Shown: positions 20,723-30,543, counted from the first letter of the whole stretch. The stretch: DNA of 62,900 bases, filler included, from 7 parts of 7 records of this genome joined end to end with filler, not necessarily neighbours in it, one strand, 5' to 3'. Made by a program: numbers and translations. The notes: generated by a model from the sequence alone, not told the origin.

Positions 20723-20782
20723 ATGGCAACAACTTTATTATGGGCATATTTTATCGGAGTTTGGCTTCCGCTGTACCCATAA
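20723..20782 (+). CDS. Putative 19-aa hydrophobic small or leader peptide MATTLLWAYFIGVWLPLYP
   Basis: Intact ATG..TAA, preceded by GGATGTGA (SD-like); homologue at 17336-17400. Confidence 0.45.
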   Translation: MATTLLWAYFIGVWLPLYP

Positions 20783-20828
20783 TACTCCTGGACATCAAGT
20801 CCGTTCTATTTTTATCTTTTTAATTTTT

Positions 20829-20928
20829 NNNNNNNNNNNNNNNNNNNNNNNNNNNNNNNNNNNNNNNNNNNNTTAATTAATTAANNNNNNNNNNNNNNNN
20901 NNNNNNNNNNNNNNNNNNNNNNNNNNNN
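20829..20928. other. Artificial contig spacer
   Basis: N44-TTAATTAATTAA-N44. Confidence 0.99.
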
Positions 20929-20930
20929 CT

Positions 20931-21010
20931 TGAAATTAAGAGATACTTTTTGTTTCATAGGACAAAGAGAAGGAGCTGTCATGAAACAAAAAGAATCCCC
21001 GGAATCTGTA
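20931..21010 (+). mobile_element. Left-end remnant of an insertion sequence (IS3-family-like)
   Basis: Begins TG; AAGGAG RBS then MKQKESPESV, resembling IS3-family OrfA starts; start codon lies in a 13-bp inverted repeat. Confidence 0.45.
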
Positions 21011-21371
21011 ATTCCTGCACGTTTTGAAGCGTTGTTGCATGATTTTTAGCCGATTTCAGAGGCTCTCATCTAGGCCCCAGGAATACAAACTCTGAAACGC
21101 TGTTCTTAAGACCAGTTAGAAGCGAAACCATATCATCGTTCAGTGGCACGAACCGACTTTTGTTGTTTTTAGCTTTATTAATCTCGATAAACGGGTTTAC
21201 TATGTTATCAATGTGTATCTGTGTCCAAGATAGAGTAAGCATTTCATTTAATCTTTTTCCTGTGTTCAATGTGATAAAAATATTTGGACGAAGGTAATTA
21301 TTTGATGATTCTTGTGATAAAGCCGCTTCGTCTCCGTTAAGATACCTGGTTCGTCCTGGAGGTTCTTCCAC
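21003..21371 (-). pseudogene. Phage-type tyrosine integrase fragment
   Basis: YLNGDE, LNTGKRLNE (box I Arg), KAKNNKSRFVPLN; stop at 21066; shifted tail NNASKRAGITD; HxxR and catalytic Tyr missing. Confidence 0.8.
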
Positions 21372-21410
21372 CCCATATGTCTGTATCTGAGGTGTACCTC
21401 AATTTTACAT

Positions 21411-23570
21411 CTATAGTGAAATATCCACTCCCCCATAAATCGCAAACGGTGCTGCTGGTATTACAGAGTATCCACCAAATCCCCGCATTTCATATTTTGT
21501 ATCAGAGATATTTTTGAAATTTAAAAACCAGCGCATCCCACTAATTTTGTAATAGACCGTTGCATTAAAAATTGTATAGCCATCCATAGCATAAACATTA
21601 TCCTCAGCAATAAACTGACTACTCACATATCTGACGCCTGCACCAAAACCGAAATGCTTGCCAAAATCCCGTGTATGCCAAAAATTTATAACGTGTTGTG
21701 GAGCAAATGCTGTCTCGTTTCCGCTTCTATCCATAATGGCTGAAATTGGCAAACCCATCTCGTCCTGACCGATCGTAACGGATTCAGCAAATTCGGTCAA
21801 CTCTGCGTCCGTATAAGCATAGGAAAATATTGAAGAACATTGCATCGTCATCTGCGCATGGACTTCAAACTCGACGCCCTTTGATAATTGACTGCCCACC
21901 TGCTGTGTAAATCCGTTTTTACCCGGTATGGCGATATTTTGTTTTTCCAAATGATAGACAGAGATAGCAGATCGAATCCTGCTATTAAGCCATATATTTT
22001 TTAATCCCAACTCAACCTGTGTGCTTTGTTCCGGTTCCAAATTCCCAATTGCCCTGGAAGATGGCGGTGCAAAAGCCTGACCCGTATTAGCATAAAGAGT
22101 CACTTTCTGCATAGGCGAGTAGCTTAGCCCAAGCATTGGACTGAACTTGTTATGTTTTTTAGTTGTTAGTGTATTTTCTTCCTTAAAAGTGATTCGGTCA
22201 TATCGTCCACCTAGAAAAAGACGTGTTTTGGTTGATAAACTGATAATATCCAAAAAATAGGGTGCAACGACCGTACTTTTTGTTTTACGGTGCTGATAAT
22301 CAAATGCCGGATACAAACTCTCCTGGTAGGTTTCAACAGGATTGTAAAGATTCAGTGAAGGAAGCTGTGGAACAATATCAATTTCAAATGTATCGGATAG
22401 CCTGCTCATCTCAAATCCGAACAAAAGGTTATTTTTTATACTACCTGTCCGAATCTGAGTTGTGAACTCGGTTTGATTGCCAATTAATTTTTGCCGGTCA
22501 TCAAGTAATTGCAATGATCTGCTGACCCATAAAGATCCATCCATGGTCGGATAGGCACCATTCAACAACGTCCCGGATGTTTTCCAATCCAGGTCTGTAT
22601 AATAAAATCTATTGGTCACAGTGGACACCGAATCAAGATGTCTTTCAAAATTTAACTTGAATCGCAGCATAACCTGATCGGAAAAGTCTGCGGGAGTTTG
22701 ATATGAAGTTGTCCTTTCAATATTGGCCAATTGATCGAGTTGACCTGATTGATAATCATACACCAACGGCAAACCAGAGTCTGGTTTGTATTCGCTTGTC
22801 AAATATTCCACGTTGGCATTTACTTCACTTTTTTCATCAATACTCCATGAAAACGATGGATTAAGTGCATATACTTTATTTTCCTTGTCATCTCGGTAAA
22901 AATCGGATTGCTGGAACAGGCCGTTAATTCGGCCGGACAGGTTTTTGCTGTTATTGGAAAAACCGGCATCTATTGTTCCCCGGTAAGAGCTGAAACTCCC
23001 GTACAATCCGGAAGCATTTAGGAAATTATTGAATATAGGCTGTTTTCGTACAAGGTTTATCGTTCCTGCTAACGGATTTCCACCATACAAAAAAGCACCA
23101 GGTCCTTTTAAAACTTCTACCCTTTCGATATTATAGAGATTGTAAATAATCACCTCTGGCTCAGCAGTGCCATCCGTAAGCAAAAGACCGTTATCCAGAG
23201 TATTAAATCCACGTACAACAAAATAATCATGAATTCCAAAACCTGTTTGGGCATTGATTCCACTGACATTATTGAGCGCTTCCCCAAGCACCATATTACC
23301 TTGATTTTGACTGATGGATTGTGATATAATAGAAACTGATGCCGGCGTATTGTGTAATGGCAAACGAGCTTTAGTTGCCATTGAACTTATTGGGGGGAAT
23401 TTTTGATTCCGTTCTGCAATGACGATAACTGTGTCTTCTGCAGCGTAATCCAGAATTATTTGGTTTTGTGAATAGAGTGGTGATAATAATAAAAAGAAAA
23501 ATATAGCTACTTGATATATGAATATTGAACGCAGCAATTTCACCTCCACAATTAGATTGAACAAAGCCAA
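21411..23570 (-). CDS. TonB-dependent (siderophore-type) receptor
   Basis: TonB box DTVIV, TPASVSII plug, VRGF, IERVEVLKGPGAFLYG, C-terminal KNISDTKY. Confidence 0.92.
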   Translation of the reverse strand: MALFNLIVEVKLLRSIFIYQVAIFFFLLLSPLYSQNQIILDYAAEDTVIVIAERNQKFPPISSMATKARLPLHNTPASVSIISQSISQNQGNMVLGEALNNVSGINAQTGFGIHDYFVVRGFNTLDNGLLLTDGTAEPEVIIYNLYNIERVEVLKGPGAFLYGGNPLAGTINLVRKQPIFNNFLNASGLYGSFSSYRGTIDAGFSNNSKNLSGRINGLFQQSDFYRDDKENKVYALNPSFSWSIDEKSEVNANVEYLTSEYKPDSGLPLVYDYQSGQLDQLANIERTTSYQTPADFSDQVMLRFKLNFERHLDSVSTVTNRFYYTDLDWKTSGTLLNGAYPTMDGSLWVSRSLQLLDDRQKLIGNQTEFTTQIRTGSIKNNLLFGFEMSRLSDTFEIDIVPQLPSLNLYNPVETYQESLYPAFDYQHRKTKSTVVAPYFLDIISLSTKTRLFLGGRYDRITFKEENTLTTKKHNKFSPMLGLSYSPMQKVTLYANTGQAFAPPSSRAIGNLEPEQSTQVELGLKNIWLNSRIRSAISVYHLEKQNIAIPGKNGFTQQVGSQLSKGVEFEVHAQMTMQCSSIFSYAYTDAELTEFAESVTIGQDEMGLPISAIMDRSGNETAFAPQHVINFWHTRDFGKHFGFGAGVRYVSSQFIAEDNVYAMDGYTIFNATVYYKISGMRWFLNFKNISDTKYEMRGFGGYSVIPAAPFAIYGGVDISL

Positions 23571-23887
23571 TTTATCTTAAGCAGAAATATATAACAGTAT
23601 TTATTAGATAGAATTAAACAAAGCAGGATTCATATTTATTTTATTGCCAGGTCGTCGGAGATATAAATGTCATCCGTTGTTTATTATATTAATATATTCC
23701 TTGAAAAGCAAAATCCTTCAGAAGTTTAGAGGACAGTTGCTTTTCTTGCTCTTTAATGAAGTCTTGTCATAATCTTTTAATATTCTATTGAGAGATATAG
23801 GTCACAATTATGATATGTATGTATTATGACAGATGAGGTTTTCCACGCGATGGGATATTATTCTACCTATCGGCATTGATAATTTTT

Positions 23888-24385
23888 TTATGTAATTATA
23901 AATAAAATATAGCAGTAAATTATTTTTTTGTGGGTAAGATTAAGCACCTGCTCTTTTATTTTAACTTGGCAAGCCGCCACATCCACCTGTAGATCACCGA
24001 CCGATATAACATTATTTCCATTGAACTTGCCCCGCCGTATAATTGGTCGGATAGGGGCATTAAATTCGGATTTATGCAACGGTTTCGTGATATAGTCATC
24101 AGCACCGAGTTCCAGCCCTTTCACTTTATCTTCGATGGCATTTTTTGCAGTGACGATCAGAATACTGGTATTTATGTTGTTCTGTTTCATCTCATCAATC
24201 AAATGCAACCCATTACCGTCTGGCAGTCCGATATCCGGTATTATCAGATCGTATTCGTAAGGGAACACCCGCTCCATGGCCGCGCTCAATGTCGGAGCGT
24301 GTTCTACAACAAAGCCGCTTTCTGTTAAGAACCGGGACAAATCGCCGGCCAGGTGCATGTTATCTTCAACGAGTAGTAATTTCAT
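23888..24385 (-). pseudogene. OmpR-family response regulator with truncated DNA-binding domain
   Basis: LLVEDN, DIGLPDGNG, GADDYITKP; ends shortly after LNLTHK; no partner kinase. Confidence 0.75.
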
Positions 24386-24428
24386 AATTTAACAAGTATA
24401 TTTTGATTCTGTTAAGGATATAATACCA

Positions 24429-25755
24429 TTATTTATTTGAAAGACAGTACAAAAAGTTACGTCCTCGCACAAACATTTCGTCTCCAATAATAGCAGGGGA
24501 AGCAATAAACTCGTCTTCTAGTTTGTTTTGCGCCAGGATTTCAAAATCAAATCCGTGTTTTATCACAAAAAAATTGCCATTTTCACATGGAATATAAATA
24601 CGGTTTTTAACACCTGCCATAGAGGCATAGACATTACCACCACCTGGAAGTTTTTGTTTGGTATACTGCACGGTCCCGTTTTCTGCGTTTAGCAGGAGAG
24701 GCTGGCATTGTTGCCACGCAGCATATAATATAAATTGTCGATGAGCAAAGGGGATGGCGCGTATGGGGTTTCCTCTTCATGTTTCCAGATTATAGCATCA
24801 GTATCTGTTATATCACCGTTTGCTTTGTTTAAATCGATGGCCAGTAACATACTGCCACGGTGTCCGCTGACGAGATAGATGATATTATGACGTATCAACG
24901 GTTGAGGAATTACATTGGTCGTCAATCCGCCGCATTCCCAAATCACATCGCCATTGTCCGGATTGTAAGCCCGAATGCGGTTGGTTGCACTTGTAATGAT
25001 TTGTGGAGTTCCATTAACATCGACGACAAAAGGTGTCGTCCAGGACGTGCGTTCTTCTCTTGGCTTGTGCCATACATCCTTACCGGATTTGGCGTCAAGT
25101 GCATAGATGAAAGAATCATCTTCATGGTCCCAGACAATATAGATTTTATTTTTGTACAATAGTGGTGAGCTGCCTTCACCAAAACTATTCCTTTTTTGCA
25201 TCTGGCCAAAATCACGTTCCCAGACGACTTTACCTTTCATATCAAGACAAAAAAGACCTCGTGAGCCAAAATAGGCCCAAATATTCTTCCCATCCGTTAC
25301 AGGTGAATTGGACGCCCAACTGCCTAGTTCGTGTGTGTTATCACTGGGATGTTCCTCATCCACTTTGGTCTGCCATAAAATATTACCAGAGGTGCGATCA
25401 ATTGACAACACTTCAAAGGTGTGCACTTTATCAGTGCTGATACCACGCATTCTCCGGCGTCTTCCAGTCTCTTGTTCCTTTTTTCGACCTGAACAGTTCT
25501 GTCCGTGGGGATGGCTGTCAGGATGATTAATTGGTTGCCCCAGACAACTGGTGTCGAGTTACCACTACCGGGTAGATCAATCTTCCATTTGACGTTTTTA
25601 TCCTCGCTGAACTCAATCGGCGGATTGCCATTGAGCAGAAGGCCATTAGCATTTGGACCACGCCATTGCGGCCAATTATTTTGAGCATCAAGATCGCCAA
25701 GCGATGCGAACAGCGTGGCAAAAGCCAGAAACAAGGTTATGGCTAGTTTATTCAT
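24429..25755 (-). CDS. PQQ-like (BamB-type) beta-propeller repeat protein, split into three ORFs by frameshifts
   Basis: Signal peptide, NWPQWRGP, GNSTPVVWG, ASNSPVTDG, GEGSSP, SWTTP, ASPAI across ORFs 25324-25755, 24689-25450 and 24429-24671. Confidence 0.85.
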
Positions 25756-25908
25756 TTTATCTCCTTAGCATTGAACGCTATGCAGGCAAACTATGTTTGC
25801 AAAGTAGGTTTAAATTCAATCTTCAACTTATCCCTATCATAGTTTGTGATTAATCATACTAAAAAATAACATTTATTGGTTTCAATATAAGGAAGAATTC
25901 TGCAGAAA

Positions 25909-25967
25909 TTCTAACATTACTCCTGAGGAGCGGCTTTTATGCTGGATTCTCCAGGAGATTGTTCGTC
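25909..25967 (-). mobile_element. attC-like integron recombination site (59 bp)
   Basis: Minus strand: GACGAAC-AATCT-CCTG[G]AG...CTCAGG-AGTAAT-GTTAGAA, i.e. R''/L''/L'/R' layout with one unpaired base. Confidence 0.7.
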
Positions 25968-25982
25968 AGTTCTCTTCGACTC

Positions 25983-26111
25983 GCCTACAAGGATTTGAGC
26001 AAAACTCAAGTTGTTTAACAAAAATCCATGGGGATCGATTATGTGTTTAAACTGTGTCATTGTATTTTAAGAGGCCTATGGTGAACGTTTGAGTTGATGC
26101 CCTCGTTAGCT
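25983..26111 (-). mobile_element. Degenerate attC-like site overlapping the nitroreductase stop codon
   Basis: Minus strand: AGCTAAC-GAGG-GCAT[C]AACTCAA...TTGAGTTTTGC-TCAAATC-CTTGTAGGC; R' is degenerate. Confidence 0.55.
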
Positions 26112-26828
26112 GTCCTCTGGATAACCCACCGATTGTGCAAAGAGTACACTTTGTTCAGGCCGCAGTTTAAATTCCTTAATCGTATTCTCCTTGTCGCAAT
26201 TATGGAACCAGGCTGCCAAACCTTGCGAGGCCGCGAAGAGGTAAACGTTTTGGGCAATAAAACCCGTGTCGGTGTAATAATAGGATTTTTGAACTTCCGG
26301 ATCTCCAATGGACCGATCAGGCTGCCCGGTTCCCAAATCGTATCGGGTGAGATCAACAACATAAAAGATATTCACTGGAGCTGTAGTAGCACTGCGTCTT
26401 CCGGCCCTTGAACGAAAGTCACCGGCAACAACAGGAATTAGTTGATGTGGAACTGCTTTATAAATATAGACCCCTTCTGGTAAGGCAATATAAAGATCGA
26501 TTTCTTGCGAATTGCTGGCCGATGGGGCTGTTCTTCCCGGTTTGCCAAATGCAGCCATCTTCCGGTTCACTCCGAATGCCGCCCAGAGTAGATTTGAGAG
26601 CACCTGCTGAGGAAGTTTTTTCGAGCTGATATTGCGAATGGTCCTTCTTTCCTGCAAAGCTGCCAATACGGATTTACCGCCGTCCTTCTCGGGTGTTGGA
26701 AGCGAAATTGGCTGAAGAATCTGGACTGTAGTGGAAGTTTGCCGGGAGAAGCTAGTTCCTGTGCCGATTAGCATGCTGATGGTCGGTATAGTCTTTACAA
26801 ATGTTCTTCGATCCATTTTATCCTCCAT
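26106..26828 (-). CDS. SagB/ThcOx-type nitroreductase family protein with Tat-like signal
   Basis: DRRTFVK; ALQERRTIR, LSNLLWAAFGVNR, RTAPSASNSQEI, DTGFIAQNVYLFAASQGL. Confidence 0.88.
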   Translation of the reverse strand: MEDKMDRRTFVKTIPTISMLIGTGTSFSRQTSTTVQILQPISLPTPEKDGGKSVLAALQERRTIRNISSKKLPQQVLSNLLWAAFGVNRKMAAFGKPGRTAPSASNSQEIDLYIALPEGVYIYKAVPHQLIPVVAGDFRSRAGRRSATTAPVNIFYVVDLTRYDLGTGQPDRSIGDPEVQKSYYYTDTGFIAQNVYLFAASQGLAAWFHNCDKENTIKEFKLRPEQSVLFAQSVGYPEDS

Positions 26829-26869
26829 TTATTGTATTTCCTGATAATAAAGGTTTAGCCTGAATCTGT

Positions 26870-28239
26870 TTATTTACTCCTGATTTCATAGGCAAACAGC
26901 TTATTCGCATGACGAATATATAAGCGTCCGCCACACACTACCGGATGTGCCCAATACATTCCTTTCCCCCTTTAGGCACTTCGAATGAGCTAACTTTATC
27001 ATATTGTTCTGGTGTGGCTTTGACCAACTTCATAGTGCCTCTTTCCTCCAGGAAATAGAACATGTTGTCTGCATAAACCAGTGAACCTTTTCCCCGGGTT
27101 TTCCACATCTGTTCTCCAGTCATGAAATCCAAACAGAACCATCCTCTCGCATTGTGACCTGCCCCGTATAAATATCCATCATGCCAGATAATACCGCCAT
27201 GATGGTTGTCCATAACAGTTGTGTGCCAAACCGTTTTTGGAATAATCTCTTTTCCTAAAGTCATGAGTTTTATCAAAATGCTTCCTTTGCCGTAACCGCA
27301 TGAGGCGAACACATACCCGTTGTGAAATATAGGATCGGTGACATTATTTGACCGCTGGTTCTCATACTCCACGGTCCAGAGTAATTTTCCTGTTTGCGTG
27401 TCCACACCAAAAATACAATTCGAAGTCATGTTAATGATCTGGCGATATCCACCGAAATCTGCGATAATCGGGGAGCTGAATCCTACTGTTCCCGGAATTT
27501 CTGTATTCGCCCATACAAGTTTCCCGTTCTTTTTATTCAAGCAGACTATAAATCCTTTATTTCCCGCCGGGTTGCAGTACAAATGGTCTCCATTAATATG
27601 AACCGATTCGGTATATCCATATTCAGGTGTTTTTGCTTCGAAAAACTCACGAAGCTCAAGAATCCAGATCTCTTTCCCGGTTCTGTAATTAAAGGCCGTC
27701 AGTCGTCCCAAGTCACTGAGATGATACACAAGACTGTCATCGTATGTAGGAGTACTTCGAGAACCGGTGTATGCCCTGGCATGCGACATGGTTGTCTCCC
27801 AAGATTGACCGTTGAATTTCTTCCAAACCAATTTCCCATTCAGGTCGAAAGAAAATACAACTGTTTGTTTTTCTATCACGCCTGCGGTATATAAATATCC
27901 CTTAGCTATGGATACAGAACTGTAACCTTTACCCAAACCCGAAATCGTCCATAGCAGTTCGGGTCCCTTTTCTGGCCATTTTTTAAGCAGTCCTGTTTCT
28001 GTTGACTTGTTGTTTCGGTACAAACCATGAAAACAAAGCCATTCACTATTTTCTTGTGCTGCTATTGTACCCCAAAAAAAACAGATAATGAGGCAATAGA
28101 TGAAAGCACTAAGAATAAAGCTTCTTCGACCTTTGATCTCTGTTTTAGACGTACTGATATATTGAGAATAAAGCGTTCTTTTTAAATCTCTCAAATCATC
28201 CTCATTATAATAATAATGTCTTCTCAATTCAACTTTCAT
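26870..28239 (-). CDS. PQQ-like beta-propeller repeat protein (frameshift near the 3' end)
   Basis: GLLKKWPEKGPELLW, GYSS, SRSTP; shifted tail GMYWAHPVVCGGRLYIRH ends at TAA 26870-26872. Confidence 0.85.
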
Positions 28240-28399
28240 TTTGAATTCATAACACTCTCATCTCACGTTTTTTTACCTGGATTATTCATAAAAGCCAGAA
28301 CCAAAAAGATATGGAACTGATGAGGCTGATCACGCTAATCCTCATGGATTTTTTTAGTTTTTATCTGTGTAAATGGTATATACTTCCTGCCAACCAACC

Positions 28400-29626
28400 T
28401 CATTCGATCATCAACATCGCCAATGTTTCCTCATCCTTCACATAAATTCTTTTCCCTGCGATTACCGGGTGAGCGTATGTCGGTGTTTCAGCGACCTTTA
28501 TAATGGCAATCTCCGTGTATTCCTTATCGCTGGGTTTGAAGGCAATCAACTCGGATTTGCTGGACAGAGCCAAGATTACTGAGCCAGCATCGAGAAGAGA
28601 TCCGAAATTCTTTTGGTTGATACTGTCGATCCAGGCTGTCTGTCCGGTTATTGCGTTCATGCAAAACAATTTACCGCGATCGGAGAGACCAAATAGCAAG
28701 CCGTCCTTAAGTACCGGCGTGTTGTATGCTGTCCCGATCTCCTCGTTGTTCCAAAGCTCCTTGACGACAAAGTCATCGCCCTGCTTTTGGACTTTCATAG
28801 CTCTGGTGCCCTGACCCTGACCTGTGTAGATTATCGTTTGTCCATCAATAATCGGAGTAGCAGAATTGTAAAACCTTCTCTGGGTCGGAGTTGGAACTTG
28901 CCATAATAACTTCCCATTAGACATGGCAACGCTCAAGATATTTTTTTCCGTTTGCACAATAATCTGTCTTGTGCCATCTAGTGTCATCAGGACAGGCGAA
29001 GCATACGCTGGACCATCGCCAGTCCATTTCCACTTCCGATTTCCGGTGATCAGGTCAAATGCGATAATTGCCCCATCATCCTTCCCACCGAGATGTGCAA
29101 TGACAATCCCATCAACGATGATTGGCGACATACCAGTGAAAAACCGGGGTACAACTTTTGAAAATTCATCCTTGCGCCAGATAACTTTGCCTGTGGCGGC
29201 GTCCAGACAAGAGAGAATTCCGCCTACGCCCAGTGTGACCACCTTTCCGTCAACTACCACAGGAGAGCTTCTGGGTCCCGGGTGCCTGGCAGCCGCTCCA
29301 GTCACGGCTTGTGCCGTATACCTGTCCTGCCAAAGTTCCTTTCCATTACCTGCGTCCAGGCACATAGTAATCTCATCCGCATCCTGTCTCGTAAAGACAT
29401 AGAGCTTGTCACCCACAAGGGCTGGCGTTGCATCGCCCGCACCCACCGTTATTTTCCACGTTAAAGACAGTTCCTTGGGCCAACTCTTGGGCATATTGAA
29501 TCCCGTTACCTTCCCGTCCCGATGGACACCTCGCCACTGAGGCCAATCCTGTGCGAACACATGGATCGAGCTTATTAAAATCAGAACTCCCACCATCGTA
29601 ATAATTAAACGATTTATGTTTTTCAT
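28400..29626 (-). CDS. PQQ-like beta-propeller repeat protein
   Basis: Signal peptide, DWPQWRG, GPRSSP, AYASP, TYAHPVIAG. Confidence 0.88.
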   Translation of the reverse strand: MKNINRLIITMVGVLILISSIHVFAQDWPQWRGVHRDGKVTGFNMPKSWPKELSLTWKITVGAGDATPALVGDKLYVFTRQDADEITMCLDAGNGKELWQDRYTAQAVTGAAARHPGPRSSPVVVDGKVVTLGVGGILSCLDAATGKVIWRKDEFSKVVPRFFTGMSPIIVDGIVIAHLGGKDDGAIIAFDLITGNRKWKWTGDGPAYASPVLMTLDGTRQIIVQTEKNILSVAMSNGKLLWQVPTPTQRRFYNSATPIIDGQTIIYTGQGQGTRAMKVQKQGDDFVVKELWNNEEIGTAYNTPVLKDGLLFGLSDRGKLFCMNAITGQTAWIDSINQKNFGSLLDAGSVILALSSKSELIAFKPSDKEYTEIAIIKVAETPTYAHPVIAGKRIYVKDEETLAMLMIE

Positions 29627-29657
29627 GTTACCTCCTGTTTAATATAAAAAATTGGTG

Positions 29658-29788
29658 GTATAACCGATTTTGGTTTCAGCTGCCCGAGACAGAAGAAGTG
29701 AATTTCTAAAATAGGATGAACCTGAACTAAAACCTTCCAAATACAATAAACAGCCGCTGTCTCGGATCAGATGGAAACCTGGGTAGGT
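29658..29788 (-). mobile_element. attC-like site (131 bp)
   Basis: Minus strand: ACCTACC-CAGGTTTCCATCTGATCCGAGACAG...CTGTCTCGGGCAGCTGAAACC-AAAATCG-GTTATAC; long stem and GTTRRRY-like R'. Confidence 0.6.
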
Positions 29789-29871
29789 AATTTTTTCATG
29801 TACTATAGAATTTTAAGTATTTATAAATTCCACAATTTAGTTTATATATTAAATATAGATCTGTTAAAATT

Positions 29872-30450
29872 CTAATTTTCAACTAATGTGGTAGCTGGTA
29901 GCTTTTCTTTTAACATCCAAGGACAATTATTTTTTTGTGGGCAATGGCCACATCCATATATACGAGCCAGCAATGGTAAAATAATATAAGAATTTAGTAT
30001 AAACGCTATCGTAATAATTAACATAAGACGATTGAAGTTTGCTGAAAGAAAAACAATTCCTTCTACTAATGGAATAATCCATAAAGGAACTATGAAGGGA
30101 ATATGCTTCTTAAATTTCTCTATAAATCTATTTTCACTACTTTTATTTCGAAGTTTCGCTGCAATCTGACCATATCCGCACGGGCATGATCTTGTGTTAT
30201 AATATTGGCAATATGGACAAACAAATAGAATAATCCACAAAGCTCCTATAATACCATAAACACTATAAATACTCGCTAAACTAATTCCTAATGAAGTAAA
30301 TTTAAATCCAACAAGATTTATAATACTACCTATCAGTATCATAAATAAATAAGGTAGATTGTCAATAAATACTTCTATTTTTGTATATTCTTTTTGGGGG
30401 CGATATTTATCGCAGACTGTGTTTTCAATTGAGACTTTACTCATATGCAC
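29872..30450 (-). CDS. Cys-rich four-TM membrane protein of unknown function
   Basis: CPYC-x7-CPCG and CGHC-x5-C motifs next to hydrophobic segments; AT-richer than its neighbours. Confidence 0.7.
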   Translation of the reverse strand: MHMSKVSIENTVCDKYRPQKEYTKIEVFIDNLPYLFMILIGSIINLVGFKFTSLGISLASIYSVYGIIGALWIILFVCPYCQYYNTRSCPCGYGQIAAKLRNKSSENRFIEKFKKHIPFIVPLWIIPLVEGIVFLSANFNRLMLIITIAFILNSYIILPLLARIYGCGHCPQKNNCPWMLKEKLPATTLVEN

Positions 30451-30543
30451 CTAATGTATTTTCCATAACAAAACTCAAATATTACTTGTAGATAGAATTT
30501 ATAGAATTCTTGTTTAGGGAAATTCAATAATAGTTGCTTTTAA

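Larger units (their letters stand above)
20540..20806 (+). repeat. Copy 2 of the duplicated regulatory cassette, divergent from the regulator gene
   Basis: Same conserved blocks as 17181-17424. Confidence 0.9.

Noticed and set aside
21003-21371. Integrase as the IntI of the attC array
   Set aside because: Phage-type motifs, no IntI-specific insertion visible, catalytically truncated and 4.5 kb away
26106-26828. SagB domain as evidence of a RiPP cluster
   Set aside because: No cyclodehydratase (YcaO), precursor peptide or exporter nearby
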